Shown here: one piece after another, positions 9,127 through 19,625 of the stretch
Layout: every line of letters starts with the position of its first letter
Numbering within the stretch: position 1 is the stretch's first letter
Assembly (NCBI GenBank): GCA_963745075.1
Contig: CAVUWV010000009.1
Span: 234,351 to 298,350 of the forward strand
DNA: 64,000 nucleotides
From: Candidatus Hydrogenedentota bacterium
Lineage (GTDB): Bacteria; Hydrogenedentota; Hydrogenedentia; Hydrogenedentales; SLHB01
Direction: 5' to 3'
Translations under genes and position numbers: made by a program
Notes under the pieces: model-generated
The model's database searches: none
Seen by the model: the letters and a program-made list of their open reading frames with translations, nothing else
What the model was told of the DNA's origin: nothing

Positions 9127-12121
9127 CTACCAGCGGAGCGGCCGCTGCCACGCCTCTTTCAGATCCGCCAGCGAAACTTCATCTTCAAAATCGTCATGCC
9201 CTTTCACGCGAAAGAGCGTTTCCGGGATTACCACGCCCAGCCGCGCGTGGGGGAGACCGTGCAAGGTCGCCTCGAACGCCGCCGCATGCTTGCGCGGAAT
9301 GGTCACCACGAACCGGCTCTGCGACTCACTGAACAGGGCCACCACGTTGCTCTCGACGCCCACGGACTCCAGGTCTATCTGCATACCGAACCCGCCTGCA
9401 AACGCCGATTCCGCCAGCGCAACACCCAGCCCACCATCCGAGCAATCATGGCAGGACGCGACCAATCCATCGCCGATTGCCTTGGACAGTGCCGTGTACA
9501 ACGCGCGGGCTCTCTTCGCATCGACGGTCGGAACGGTCTCGCCGAGTTGACTCCGCAGTGCAAGAAACTCGCTGCCGCCCATTTCGTTCTTCGTTTCGCC
9601 GACGACGTAGACGAGGTCGCCCGGGGTCTTGACGTCCATCGACACGACTTTGCTCACATCGCGCAGGATCGCGGCCGCTGTGAACAGCACTGTCGGCGGA
9701 ATCGAAATCTTCGTATCGCCGATCTTGTAATCGTTCTTCATGCTGTCTTTGCCGCTGATCAACGGGATATCGTACGCGGTGCATACGTCGTACAGCGCCT
9801 GGCAACAGCGCACGAGTTGCGCGAGCTTGTGCTCGCCGTCCGGCGTCTTTTCGCTCTTCACGGGATCGGGCCAGCAGAAATTGTCCAGACCCGCGATCGT
9901 GCCCAGCTCCGCGCCCACCGCGACCAGATTGCGCACGGCTTCGTCTATCGCGCAGGCCATCATCGCGTAGGTGTCGATATCGCTGTATTTCGGTGTGATT
10001 CCGCAGGCGACCGCGATGCCTTTGTTCGATCCCGGCACCGGCCGAATAACGCCCGCGTCGCCGGGTCCGTCGTGGTCAATCCCCTGGAACTGTTTCAACA
10101 CACTCTGCGCCAGCACCTCGTGGTCGTACATGCGCACGAAGGTTTCCTTGCTGCACACGTTCAACGACCCGAGGACCGCTTTCAAGTCCGCAATGAGATC
10201 GCTGTCTTCAATGATTACTTCCGGTTCGAGCGCCGGCGGATTCCAGACCGCCTTGAGGTGCATCTTGGGAACGCCGTCATGCAAGAACGCCATGTCGAGC
10301 GCGCCAATCAGCTTGCCCTCGTAATGACATTCCAGGCGGCCGCTGTCGGTGAACGTGCCCAGGACCGTCGCTTCCACTTCGCGCCGCCGCGACAAGATCG
10401 AGAAACGCATCGATCTTCTCTGGCGGCACGGATAACGTCATGCGTTCCTGCGCTTCGGAAAGGAAAATCTCCCACGGCGCAAGACCGGGGTACTTTAATG
10501 GGGCGAGATCGAGATGAATCTCCGCGCCACCCGGTTCTCGCGCCATTTCACCGACGCTCGACGACAAACCGCCCGCGCCGTCATCGGTGATGCAAGTGAA
10601 CAACCCAAGATCGCGGGCCTCGATCAGGAAGTCCGCCATCTTCTTTTGCGTAATCGCGTCGCCGATCTGCACCGCCGTGGCGGGGGAACCTTCGTGCAAT
10701 TCTTCCGACGAAAACGTCGCGCCATGGATCCCGTCCTTGCCGATTCGTCCGCCGCACATGACGATGTGGTCGCCGGGCAGCGCGGCTTTCTCGTGACTGG
10801 GTCTTCCCGCAACCTTCGTTGGAATCAGCCCGCCCGTGCCGCAAAAGACCAGTGGCTTGCCCAGGAATCGCTCGTGAAATACGATGGCGCCGTTCACGTC
10901 GGGAATGCCACTCTGGTTGCCGCCGTCTTTGACGCCTTGGTGTACCCCGCGCAATACGCGGCGCGGATGCATTAAGCGCGGCGGAATCTCGCCATCGTAA
11001 TAGGGCGACGCGAAACAAAACACATCTGTATTGAATATGCATCGGCAACCGAGACCCGCGCCGAGCACGTCCCGGTTGACGCCTACGATTCCCGTGATGG
11101 CGCCGCCGTAGGGATCCAGCGCGGACGGACTATTGTGGGTCTCCGCTTTCAGCGCGAAGTTCCATTCCTTGTCGAACTTGATGATCCCCGCGTTGTCATG
11201 AAAGACGCTGACCAACCAATCGACGCGCTTGCCGACCTCGTCGGTTGTCGCCTTGACGAAAGTCTTGAACAGACTGTCGACAGTCCGCGTGGAACCGTCC
11301 GCGTCGACGAACTCGATCGCCGCATTAAAAATCTTATGTTTACAATGTTCCGACCAGGTTTGCGCGAGGATTTCCAATTCGATGTCGGTGGGCTGCCCAG
11401 GCAATCCGCTCGCCGAGCGTGCCTTCCGAATCTCGGGCGTGGCGTAGTACGCCTGAATGGCCTTCAGTTCCGGAAGGTCGAGCGCCAGCATCCGGTCGCG
11501 GCTCAGTGCGAGCAGTTCGGCGTCGGAGAGATCGAGATTCACCGTTTCGACCTCGACGGAACTCCGGTCCGTCACGATCGGAAGTCCCAGCAGCGATTCG
11601 CCGGACAGCGTCGCCATCTCGTCCCGCGACTTGACGACCCATCGTTGAATCAGCTCGTTCGCAAGCAGGTCCTTTGCAATGCGTTCACAAACACCGTGCG
11701 ACACATCGCCGTTGATAGCGTAAAGCGTGGACTTGTACACCGCTTCGCCGGGGTTCAAGGGACGTCCCAACGTATCCGCGATGCCTTCCATGGAACTCTT
11801 GCCGACATTGTCCGTCACGCCGGGGCGGAATCCCACCTCAATGACAAAATCGAAATCATGCGCCAGCGATCCGTTCGCCGCCGACTCCTGGATAATGGGG
11901 TCCGTGAATAATTCCGCGCGGATCTTTTCCAATTCTTCGTCGGTCAGGTCCGCCTGAATCGTATAGACGTCGACGACACGGACATGGTCCACTTCGATAT
12001 CGAGGTCCTCGGCCAACTGCGCACGCACGCCTTCACCTGTCGGGTCCGGCAGACCGTTCCGAATACCCACCTCGATGCGGTGGGCAACATCGACTGCGGG
12101 GACGCTACTCGACTGTGGCAT
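9127..12121 (-). CDS. purL: Phosphoribosylformylglycinamidine synthase subunit II with N-terminal PurS-like region; one +1 frameshift at ~10394 (likely sequencing error)
   Basis: [75 protein letters not shown]. Joins ORFs 10277..12121 and 9127..10410. Confidence 0.93.
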
Positions 12122-13175
12122 AGTGAATGCTCCCCGTGTACCGTACGCGCCTTTCCCCTTCCACGACCCGCCCGATTACCGTGCCGTCGCTGCCCGCCTG
12201 ACTCAACGTCCGCAGCGTCTTTTCTTCATCTTCCGGGCCGACAACGACAAGGAAACCCATCCCCATATTGAACGTGCGGAGCATTTCCCTGTCTTCGACT
12301 TCGCCGCGCTCCTGCAGGTAACGGAACACCGGTAGCGCTTCCCATGCGTCCAGGTTAATCTCAGCGCCCATCGTCTTCGGAAGCGATCGGGGAAGATTGT
12401 CGGTAATGCCGCCGCCCGTCACGTGGGCCATGCCCTTCACGTTCACGATCTTCATGAGGATTCGGATCAGTGTCGCGTAGCTCTTGTGCGGTTCCAACAG
12501 CGCTTCGCCCACGGTTCGCCCCACACCCGGCATCGCGTCATCGCAAGTCAGGCCCGCGACTTCGAAGCATATCTTTCGTGCGAGGCTATACCCATTCGTA
12601 TGAAGGCCCGTGGACTTCAATCCGATGATGACGTCGCCGGGCGCAATTTGGCCGCCGTCCACGATCCGTTTCCGGTCCACGATCCCGATGATGGTCCCCG
12701 AGATGTCGTATTCGCCCTCGTAATACATCCCGGGCATCTCCGCGGTCTCGCCGCCGATCAGCGCGCAGCCCGCGTAGCGGCAACCCGCAGTCAATCCGCG
12801 TATGACGGCCACCACCACGTCCGGTTCAAGCGCGCCGAAGGCCAGGTAGTCGAGAAAAAACAGTGGCCGCGCACCCTGGACCAGAATGTCGTTGACGCAA
12901 TGGGACACCAGGTCGATCCCAATCGTGTCGTGCTTGCCCGTCATGAACGCGAGCTTGAGCTTCGTGCCCACACCGTCGACGCTCGATACGAGAACCGGGT
13001 CTTCCATCCCCTTCATGTCGAGGCTGTACATGGCCCCAAAGGTGCCGATATCGCAAATGACCCGGTCGTCGAACGTCTTGTTGACCAAGTCTTTGATCTG
13101 CCGGACCGCCTCGTCGGCCGCGTCGATGTTCACGCCCGCGTCGCGGTAACTCAGCCCCTTCTTCTCAATTGTCAT
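12105..13175 (-). CDS. purM: Phosphoribosylaminoimidazole (AIR) synthetase
   Basis: [65 protein letters not shown]. Confidence 0.97.
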   Translation of the reverse strand: MTIEKKGLSYRDAGVNIDAADEAVRQIKDLVNKTFDDRVICDIGTFGAMYSLDMKGMEDPVLVSSVDGVGTKLKLAFMTGKHDTIGIDLVSHCVNDILVQGARPLFFLDYLAFGALEPDVVVAVIRGLTAGCRYAGCALIGGETAEMPGMYYEGEYDISGTIIGIVDRKRIVDGGQIAPGDVIIGLKSTGLHTNGYSLARKICFEVAGLTCDDAMPGVGRTVGEALLEPHKSYATLIRILMKIVNVKGMAHVTGGGITDNLPRSLPKTMGAEINLDAWEALPVFRYLQERGEVEDREMLRTFNMGMGFLVVVGPEDEEKTLRTLSQAGSDGTVIGRVVEGERRVRYTGSIHYATVE

Positions 13176-13261
13176 GGTGTGCTCCACAAAATTTCGGTTG
13201 GTGATGGCTCCACGATACGCCATGGAATGCAGATTAGACAAATGAAATGTTATGATTAATT

Positions 13262-13280
13262 CGATAAGAAAAACTTATCG
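13262..13280. promoter_or_regulatory. LysR-type binding box (T-N11-A palindrome)
   Basis: Perfect palindrome CGATAAG-AAAAA-CTTATCG directly upstream of the LysR RBS, in the purM/lysR divergent region. Confidence 0.7.
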
Positions 13281-13290
13281 GAGACAAGTC

Positions 13291-14149
13291 ATGACATTGG
13301 AATCCTTGCGCCAATTCCGTGCTTTGGTCGATTCCGGAAACTTCCGTCTCGCGGCAGAACGAGTCCATCGTTCGCAACCTGCCGTGAGTCATCAACTTAA
13401 GTCGCTTGAACGAGAGTTGGGCCACACCCTCGTCGACCGGAAAACCTGTCGACCAACGCCGGTGGGGCAACAACTCTACGAACGGGCATGCCAAGTCTTG
13501 TCCGACGTTCGATTCGCTTCGCCAGGAGATGAACGACTTCGACGAAACTCGCGTGCGGGAACTCCGGCTTGGCACCAGCGACACGACCGCGCTGTACGTG
13601 CTCCCTCCGGTAATTCGGCAATTTGCCGACACCATGCCGCACGCGCGCCTCGTCATCGTGAACCGGCCTACCGAAGCCATCGCGGATCACGTGGCCCGGG
13701 GAGAGCTGGATTTGGGCATTGTAACCTTGCCCACGGGTCACGAAAGTCTGGAAGCACGCGAACTTTTTCGCCAGAAACTCGTGTTGGTCCTGCCGGCCGG
13801 TCATGCACTCCAGAGTCGGCGTCGCGTCAATTTGTCTCAATTGCGGAACGAGCAGTTCTTGCTGCTTGACGCGAACACGCGGACGGGTACCCTATTGCGG
13901 GACCACTTCCACCACATCGGCTTCGAACCCCAAGTGGTGCTGGATACCGGCAGTTTTGAAGTCATCAAGCGGTACGTCGCCGAAGGGGTCGGGGTCTCCT
14001 TCTTGCCGAGAATCGTCATAACGCCGCAGGACAAATCGCTTCGGATCGTCCAAGTCCCGGGCTTGCCGGAAGTAGCGATCGGCGTCGTGCGCCGGAAAGG
14101 CGCATATCGAACCGTCGCTGAGGAAGCCTTCCTCCAATACTGGAAGTGA
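13291..14149 (+). CDS. LysR-family transcriptional regulator; +1 frameshift at ~13508
   Basis: HTH: FRLAAERVHRSQPAVSHQLKSLERELG; substrate domain in the next frame (LRLGTS, GELDLGI, VAEGVGVSFLP). Confidence 0.9.
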
Positions 14150-14328
14150 TTTTTCCGGAATCCCCGCCCCGGTTTTCGTGTTCTTCAGAACTGAGGGTTC
14201 GGTGTCCGGTTGTGCTGGCGCGAATGCAATCTGAAATTCTCCCGTGGTACCATGCCGTGCTGCATTGCCGCGATGGCTAAGCCGGGGCCAATACGCAAGA
14301 CTGAAAACAGGGAGTTTACGGTACCTTG

Positions 14329-15373
14329 ATGAATCCCCGCATCATTCTCGCGGCCTCGGTGATGGCGTTATCGGGCATCGGATTTGCGCAGGGACCGCCA
14401 CCCGCCGCCGTCACCGTCACCAACGTTGCGGAAGGCCGTCTCACGCCGACGGCTGTGCGCAATGGCACGGTGTTTTTCAAAGAGATATCCAACCTGGCCA
14501 CGGAAGTCAACGGTATTGTGAAGGAAGTCCTGTTCGAGGAAGGACAACATCTCAACGCGGGTGCGCCCATGGTGCGGCTGGACCACGTGCTGCTCGACGC
14601 CGAGTTGGAGGCCGCCAAGGCCCAGGTGCAGCAATACGAAGCAGAACTGGAACAGGAGAAGACCCGCCTCGAACGCGCCAAGAGTCTGCTGAAAGACGAA
14701 GTGACCACACCGCAGGAATACGATGACATTCGATTCACGGTCCAGTCCTACGATCGGCGTGTCGAAGCGGCCAAGGCCGACGCAACACGCCTTGAACGGC
14801 AGATCGCGAAGAAGACCATTTATGCACCCTTTGACGGCGTCGTCGTGGATCGCATGAGCGAGCTTGGGGAGTGGAAGCGTGAAGGCGACACCGTGGCCGT
14901 ATTCGCCCGCGACGACCTCTTCGACGTCATGGTGAATTTGCCCGAGGCGGACCTCCGGTGGGTAAGCCCGGGTCTTGACGTTCGACATGCAGATCGCCGA
15001 CAAGACCATTACCGGCACGGTCGTCACGATCGTTCCGCGCGGCGACGTCGGCACTCGCCAGTTCCCCGTGAAAATCCGAGTTTCGGATGTAGATTGGTTG
15101 CTCGAGTCCATGTCCGCGGATGTGCGAATGCCGATTGGAGAAGATACGACCTGCACCATGGTGCCCCGGGACGCCGTCATGTTAGACGGCAACGCGAATG
15201 TTGTATTCGTCGTGCAGGACGGCGCGGCCGTGGAGATCCCGGTGAAGATCCTGGGCTACGACAAACTCCGGGCCGGGGTTCAGGCCGAGAAGCTTTCGCC
15301 AGGCATGCACGTGATTACCAAGGGTCAGGAACGGCTGCGCAACGGCCAGCCGGTCACCGTGGTTCAGCCGTAG
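14329..15373 (+). CDS. RND efflux membrane fusion protein; +1 frameshift at ~14981
   Basis: EVNGIVKEVLFEEG, IYAPFDGVV, TRQFPVKI, VPRDAV, VITKGQERLRNGQPV; joins 14326..15387 and 14975..15373. Confidence 0.9.
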
Positions 15374-15406
15374 CGACAAGAGGTTAACGCCCGAGCGTTG
15401 GAACTC

Positions 15407-18400
15407 ATGGACATCATTCGATTCTCAATTCAAAACCCCGTGACCGTTATTGTCGGTGTGATTCTAATCGCACTGTTCGGCCTCATCTCGCTGCAAAAAA
15501 TCCCCATCCAACTCAGCCCGAACGTCGAGCGACCGGTTATCACCGTGTCCACGGTCTGGCCCGGCGCGACGCCGTACGAAATCGAGCGCGACATCGTCGA
15601 AGAGCAGGAGAAGGTCCTCAAAGGGATCCCGAATCTGTACGAACTCGAGAGCGACTCCTACAACGGCCGCAGCGAAATTACGCTGCGCTTCGATATCGGC
15701 ACCGACATCGACAACGCCCTCCTTCGGGTTTCCAACAAGCTGTCCGAGGTGCCGGAATATCCGGAGAACGTCGACAAACCCGTCTTGAATGCATCGGGAG
15801 CGCGCACGTCACCCGTCATGTGGATGGTGCTGAAAACCCGCGAAGGCAATACGCGCGACCCCTATTCCTACCGGACCTATCTCGAAAACGAAGTCCGCCA
15901 ATACATCGAACGCGTCGACGGCGTCGCAGACCTGTTTATCGGCGGCGGTGTCGAAACCGAAATGCATGTCAGAGTGAGCCCGGAGAAGCTCGCCTCCTAC
16001 GGACTCACCATCGACGCTGTCGCCAATGCGCTTCGAAACGGGAACGCGAATGTCTCCGCGGGGAACCTTGACGTTGGACGCCGCGACTATCGCGTGCGCA
16101 CGGTGGCCGAATACCGTTCCACGAAAGATATCGAAAATGTGGTCGTCGTGTCGGACGGCGAACGCGAAGTGAGCGTGGGGGACCTTGCGACGGTCGAGTT
16201 TGGCTTCGAACGCCTTGATACGCCCATGATCAGCAACGGCAAACGCGGTATCGCCGTCGGCGTGCGGCCCGAACCCAACGCGAATGTCCTCGAACTGACC
16301 GATAACGTCGAAAAGGTCATGAATGAACTCAACGAGGGGAAGCTGAAGAGGGCAGACGTCTACCTCGATCTCGTCAACGAACAGCGCCCCTACATTCGCG
16401 GGGCTATCGCCCTGTTGAAACAAAACATCCTAATCGGCGGCATTTTGGCCGTCGTCGTGTTGCTGCTCTTTCTACGGAGCATTACGCCGACCATCGTTGT
16501 ATCAACATCCATTCCCATCAGCATCATCGGCACCTTCATTTTGATGCGCGCGGCCGGCAGTACCCTGAACGTGGTCAGCCTCGCCGGCATCGCCTTCGCC
16601 GTCGGGATGTTGGTCGACAACGCCATCGTCGTGCTCGAAAACATCGACCGCCATCGCAAGATGGGGAAAACTCCCCTGGATGCCGCGTACGACGGGGCGC
16701 GCGAGGTATGGGGCGCCGTGTTGGCATCCTCGCTGACGACTGTTGCCGTGTTCCTGCCCGTCGTGTTCCTGGCGGATGAAGCCGGCCAATTGTTCAAAGA
16801 TATTGCCATCGCCGTGTCCTGCGCGGTGACGTTGAGTCTGATTGTATCCGTCACCGTGATCCCGATGTTTTCCAAGAAGCTCTACGCGATCCAAATCGGG
16901 AAGGGAAAGAACAACCTCGACGCGAAACCGGGCATTCTGAGCCGGTTGGGCGTGGCATCGAGTGGCGCGTTCATGGGACTGCTGGGGCTCGTCATGCGCA
17001 ACCGGTTTACCCGCGTCGTCACGATCGTCCTTCTCGCGGGCGGCGCCGCGGGAATCGCGTACCTCATGCTTCCCAAGATGGAGTACCTGCCGCAGGGCAA
17101 CCGGGATCTCATCATCAACATCCTCATTCCCCCGCCGGGATTATCCTTCGAAGAGCGGCAGAAAATCGGCGAAGATCTGTTCGCGTTCTTGACGCCGTAC
17201 TACGAACCGGACTACGAGGGATATCCCGGCATTCGCAACGCCTTCTACGTCGGGCGTCAGCAATCCCTGATCCTCGGCGTCGTCAGCGCGAACCAACAAC
17301 GCACGCCCGAATTGATTCCATTATGCCGGAAAGCATTGTCCGGCATTCCCGGCATTTTTGCCATCACCAATCAGGCCGGCATTTTCCAAAGTGGACTCGG
17401 CGAAGGCCGGACCATCACTGTAGACATCAGCGGCGGCAGCGTCGACGAATTGGTCGGGGTCGGCGGCGCCATGTTCGGCATGATCCGCGAACGGATTCCC
17501 GACGTGCAGGTCCGGCCGATCCCGTCGTTGGACCTGCTGTTCCCGGAGGCCAATTTTGTCCCCGATCGGGAACGGCTGCGCACGGTCGGCATGACGGCGC
17601 GTGAGTTTGGCGTGGGTTTGGACGTTCTGATGGACGGCCGCGACATCGGCGATTTCAAGCAGGAAGGCGAAAAGAAGATCGATCTTATCGTCAAAACCGC
17701 CAACACCCAGATTGGCACGCCGGAAGAACTCTACAACGCCTTGATGGTGACGCCGCAAGGGGATTCGGTGCCCGTGTCGTCGCTTGCAACCCTCGAAAAG
17801 ACCAACGGCCTCACGGAAATCCGCCATCTGGAACGCGATCGCACCGTCTCGCTCCAAGTGACTCCACCCTATTCGATCACCATTCAAGAGGCGATGGAGA
17901 TTATCGACAACGAAATCGTTCCCGCTTTGCGCGAAAAGGGCATGTTGGAAAACGTCGACATCGGCATGAGCGGAACGGCGGATCGATTGACCGAAACGCG
18001 GAAAGCTCTCCAGTGGAACTTCGTTCTCGCCGCGGCAATCATCTATCTGCTCATGTCGGCCCTGTTCGGGAACTTCATATACCCCTTCGTCATCATGTTT
18101 ACGATCCCACTGGCCAGCGCGGGCGGACTCATCGGATTAAAACTTGTCAACACGTTTATTGCACCGCAGCAGCTCGATATCTTGACCATGCTGGGATTCG
18201 TTATCCTGATCGGCGTCGTCGTCAACAATGCCATCCTGATCGTGTATCAATCCCTCAACAACATCCGCGTCGACGGCATGGACTACAAAGATGCCATCAT
18301 GGAGGCGACGAAGACTCGCCTGCGCCCCATTTACATGAGCGCATCGACCAGCATCTTCGGAATGTTGCCCCTGGTCCTCTGGCCGGGACCCGGCTCCGAG

Positions 18401-18577
18401 TTGTACCGTGGCCTCGGGAGCGTCGTGCTCGGCGGTCTGGCCCTGTCCACCGTCTTCACCGTGTTCTTGATTCCGCCGCTGCTGATGTTCTTCATCGGCT
18501 GGGAAAAACGACCGGAAAAAGCGCAGCAGGAATTGCCTTTGAAGGCCGAGCCGGCCCCGTCCGGCGCCGCGAACTAG
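15407..18577 (+). CDS. AcrB/AcrD/AcrF-family RND permease
   Basis: WPGATPYEIE, GMLVDNAIVVLENI, SSLTTVAVFLP, GVVVNNAILIV, TRLRPIYM, LYRGLG. Confidence 0.95.
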   Translation: MDIIRFSIQNPVTVIVGVILIALFGLISLQKIPIQLSPNVERPVITVSTVWPGATPYEIERDIVEEQEKVLKGIPNLYELESDSYNGRSEITLRFDIGTDIDNALLRVSNKLSEVPEYPENVDKPVLNASGARTSPVMWMVLKTREGNTRDPYSYRTYLENEVRQYIERVDGVADLFIGGGVETEMHVRVSPEKLASYGLTIDAVANALRNGNANVSAGNLDVGRRDYRVRTVAEYRSTKDIENVVVVSDGEREVSVGDLATVEFGFERLDTPMISNGKRGIAVGVRPEPNANVLELTDNVEKVMNELNEGKLKRADVYLDLVNEQRPYIRGAIALLKQNILIGGILAVVVLLLFLRSITPTIVVSTSIPISIIGTFILMRAAGSTLNVVSLAGIAFAVGMLVDNAIVVLENIDRHRKMGKTPLDAAYDGAREVWGAVLASSLTTVAVFLPVVFLADEAGQLFKDIAIAVSCAVTLSLIVSVTVIPMFSKKLYAIQIGKGKNNLDAKPGILSRLGVASSGAFMGLLGLVMRNRFTRVVTIVLLAGGAAGIAYLMLPKMEYLPQGNRDLIINILIPPPGLSFEERQKIGEDLFAFLTPYYEPDYEGYPGIRNAFYVGRQQSLILGVVSANQQRTPELIPLCRKALSGIPGIFAITNQAGIFQSGLGEGRTITVDISGGSVDELVGVGGAMFGMIRERIPDVQVRPIPSLDLLFPEANFVPDRERLRTVGMTAREFGVGLDVLMDGRDIGDFKQEGEKKIDLIVKTANTQIGTPEELYNALMVTPQGDSVPVSSLATLEKTNGLTEIRHLERDRTVSLQVTPPYSITIQEAMEIIDNEIVPALREKGMLENVDIGMSGTADRLTETRKALQWNFVLAAAIIYLLMSALFGNFIYPFVIMFTIPLASAGGLIGLKLVNTFIAPQQLDILTMLGFVILIGVVVNNAILIVYQSLNNIRVDGMDYKDAIMEATKTRLRPIYMSASTSIFGMLPLVLWPGPGSELYRGLGSVVLGGLALSTVFTVFLIPPLLMFFIGWEKRPEKAQQELPLKAEPAPSGAAN

Positions 18578-18620
18578 GTTCAGCGACGCGGGACGCGAAT
18601 TCTTTCGATCGTAGTCGGCG

Positions 18621-18653
18621 AGAAACAAGAAGGGCGGGATTGAATCCCGCCCT
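18621..18653 (-). terminator. Hairpin between convergent RND and GDPD genes
   Basis: AGGGCGGGAT-TGA-ATCCCGCCCT followed on the minus strand by TCTTGTTTCT. Confidence 0.6.
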
Positions 18654-18686
18654 GATACGGTTCGAACCGATTTCGCCGCTAAAATA

Positions 18687-19496
18687 TCACTTCTGTTCTC
18701 CGCCTCCGCCGTTGTCCAGATACTGGATCAGCTTCTCGGGATAATTCGTCTGGATGCCGTCGGAACCCCAAGCGATAGCGTCTTTCCAGCAGGAAGGATC
18801 GCTCTCGTCCACGATGACGATCGCGCCCGCATCGTGACAGGTCTTCACAAACGACGGCGAATAGTAGCGCCATACGGAGGCAATCACCCGCGGCTTGGCC
18901 ACTTCGATAAGTTTCGCCAAAAACTTCTCGGGTCCCGGATCCGGCATTTCAACACATTCCGGACAGGTCTCCTTCATCCGTTTCAGTTCGTCAACGTCCG
19001 CGTACCAGATGACGTTGTGCTCCATGTCGTGCGCCATGATGGCTTTCGCCAACGGCTCGACCGGGGCGTTCTTCAGATCGAGATAGATACCGATCTTGCC
19101 CGCACACAGGTCCAGAATCTCGTCGAAGGTGGGGATTTTCGTCCCCTTCCATTCCGGACCGATCCGGCTGCCGATATCCAGCGCGCGCAGTTCGTCGAGC
19201 GTCATGTCGGCCACCTTGCCCGTGTGTCCGGGTGCATAGGAATCAATGGAATCGTTGTGACAGGACACAAACTTGCCGTCTTTCGTCGTGCGCACGTCGA
19301 TTTCGACAAAATCCGCGCCGAGGTCGATGGCTTTCTGATACGCCGCGAGCGTATTCTCCGGAATTCCCTGATGGGCGCCCCGGTGGGCCACAACGTATAC
19401 GCCGCCATGTTTGGGCGGGGGAAGCGGAAGATCCGCCGCACACGCCACAACGACCGCCAGCCAAGCAACAACCGTCACTACGAGATATTTACGCAT
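18687..19496 (-). CDS. Glycerophosphodiester phosphodiesterase (secreted)
   Basis: AHRGA, PENTLAA, EIDVRTTKDG, HND, IPTFDEIL, GIQTNYP; signal peptide. Confidence 0.92.
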   Translation of the reverse strand: MRKYLVVTVVAWLAVVVACAADLPLPPPKHGGVYVVAHRGAHQGIPENTLAAYQKAIDLGADFVEIDVRTTKDGKFVSCHNDSIDSYAPGHTGKVADMTLDELRALDIGSRIGPEWKGTKIPTFDEILDLCAGKIGIYLDLKNAPVEPLAKAIMAHDMEHNVIWYADVDELKRMKETCPECVEMPDPGPEKFLAKLIEVAKPRVIASVWRYYSPSFVKTCHDAGAIVIVDESDPSCWKDAIAWGSDGIQTNYPEKLIQYLDNGGGGEQK

Positions 19497-19625
19497 CACC
19501 ACCTCCGAGAAATTGGCGGCCTTCGACCGCAATAGTCAAACGGAAAAGATACCTACCGCAATTGGCGCGTTCAATCAGATTGGAAGACAAGCCGCTCTCG
19601 CGCGATACCCGCGACAGGGGAATCG

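Noticed and set aside
10277..10410. Programmed frameshift or natural split of purL
   Set aside because: No slippery heptamer; same +1 pattern as eleven other breaks in the window, so sequencing error is more likely.
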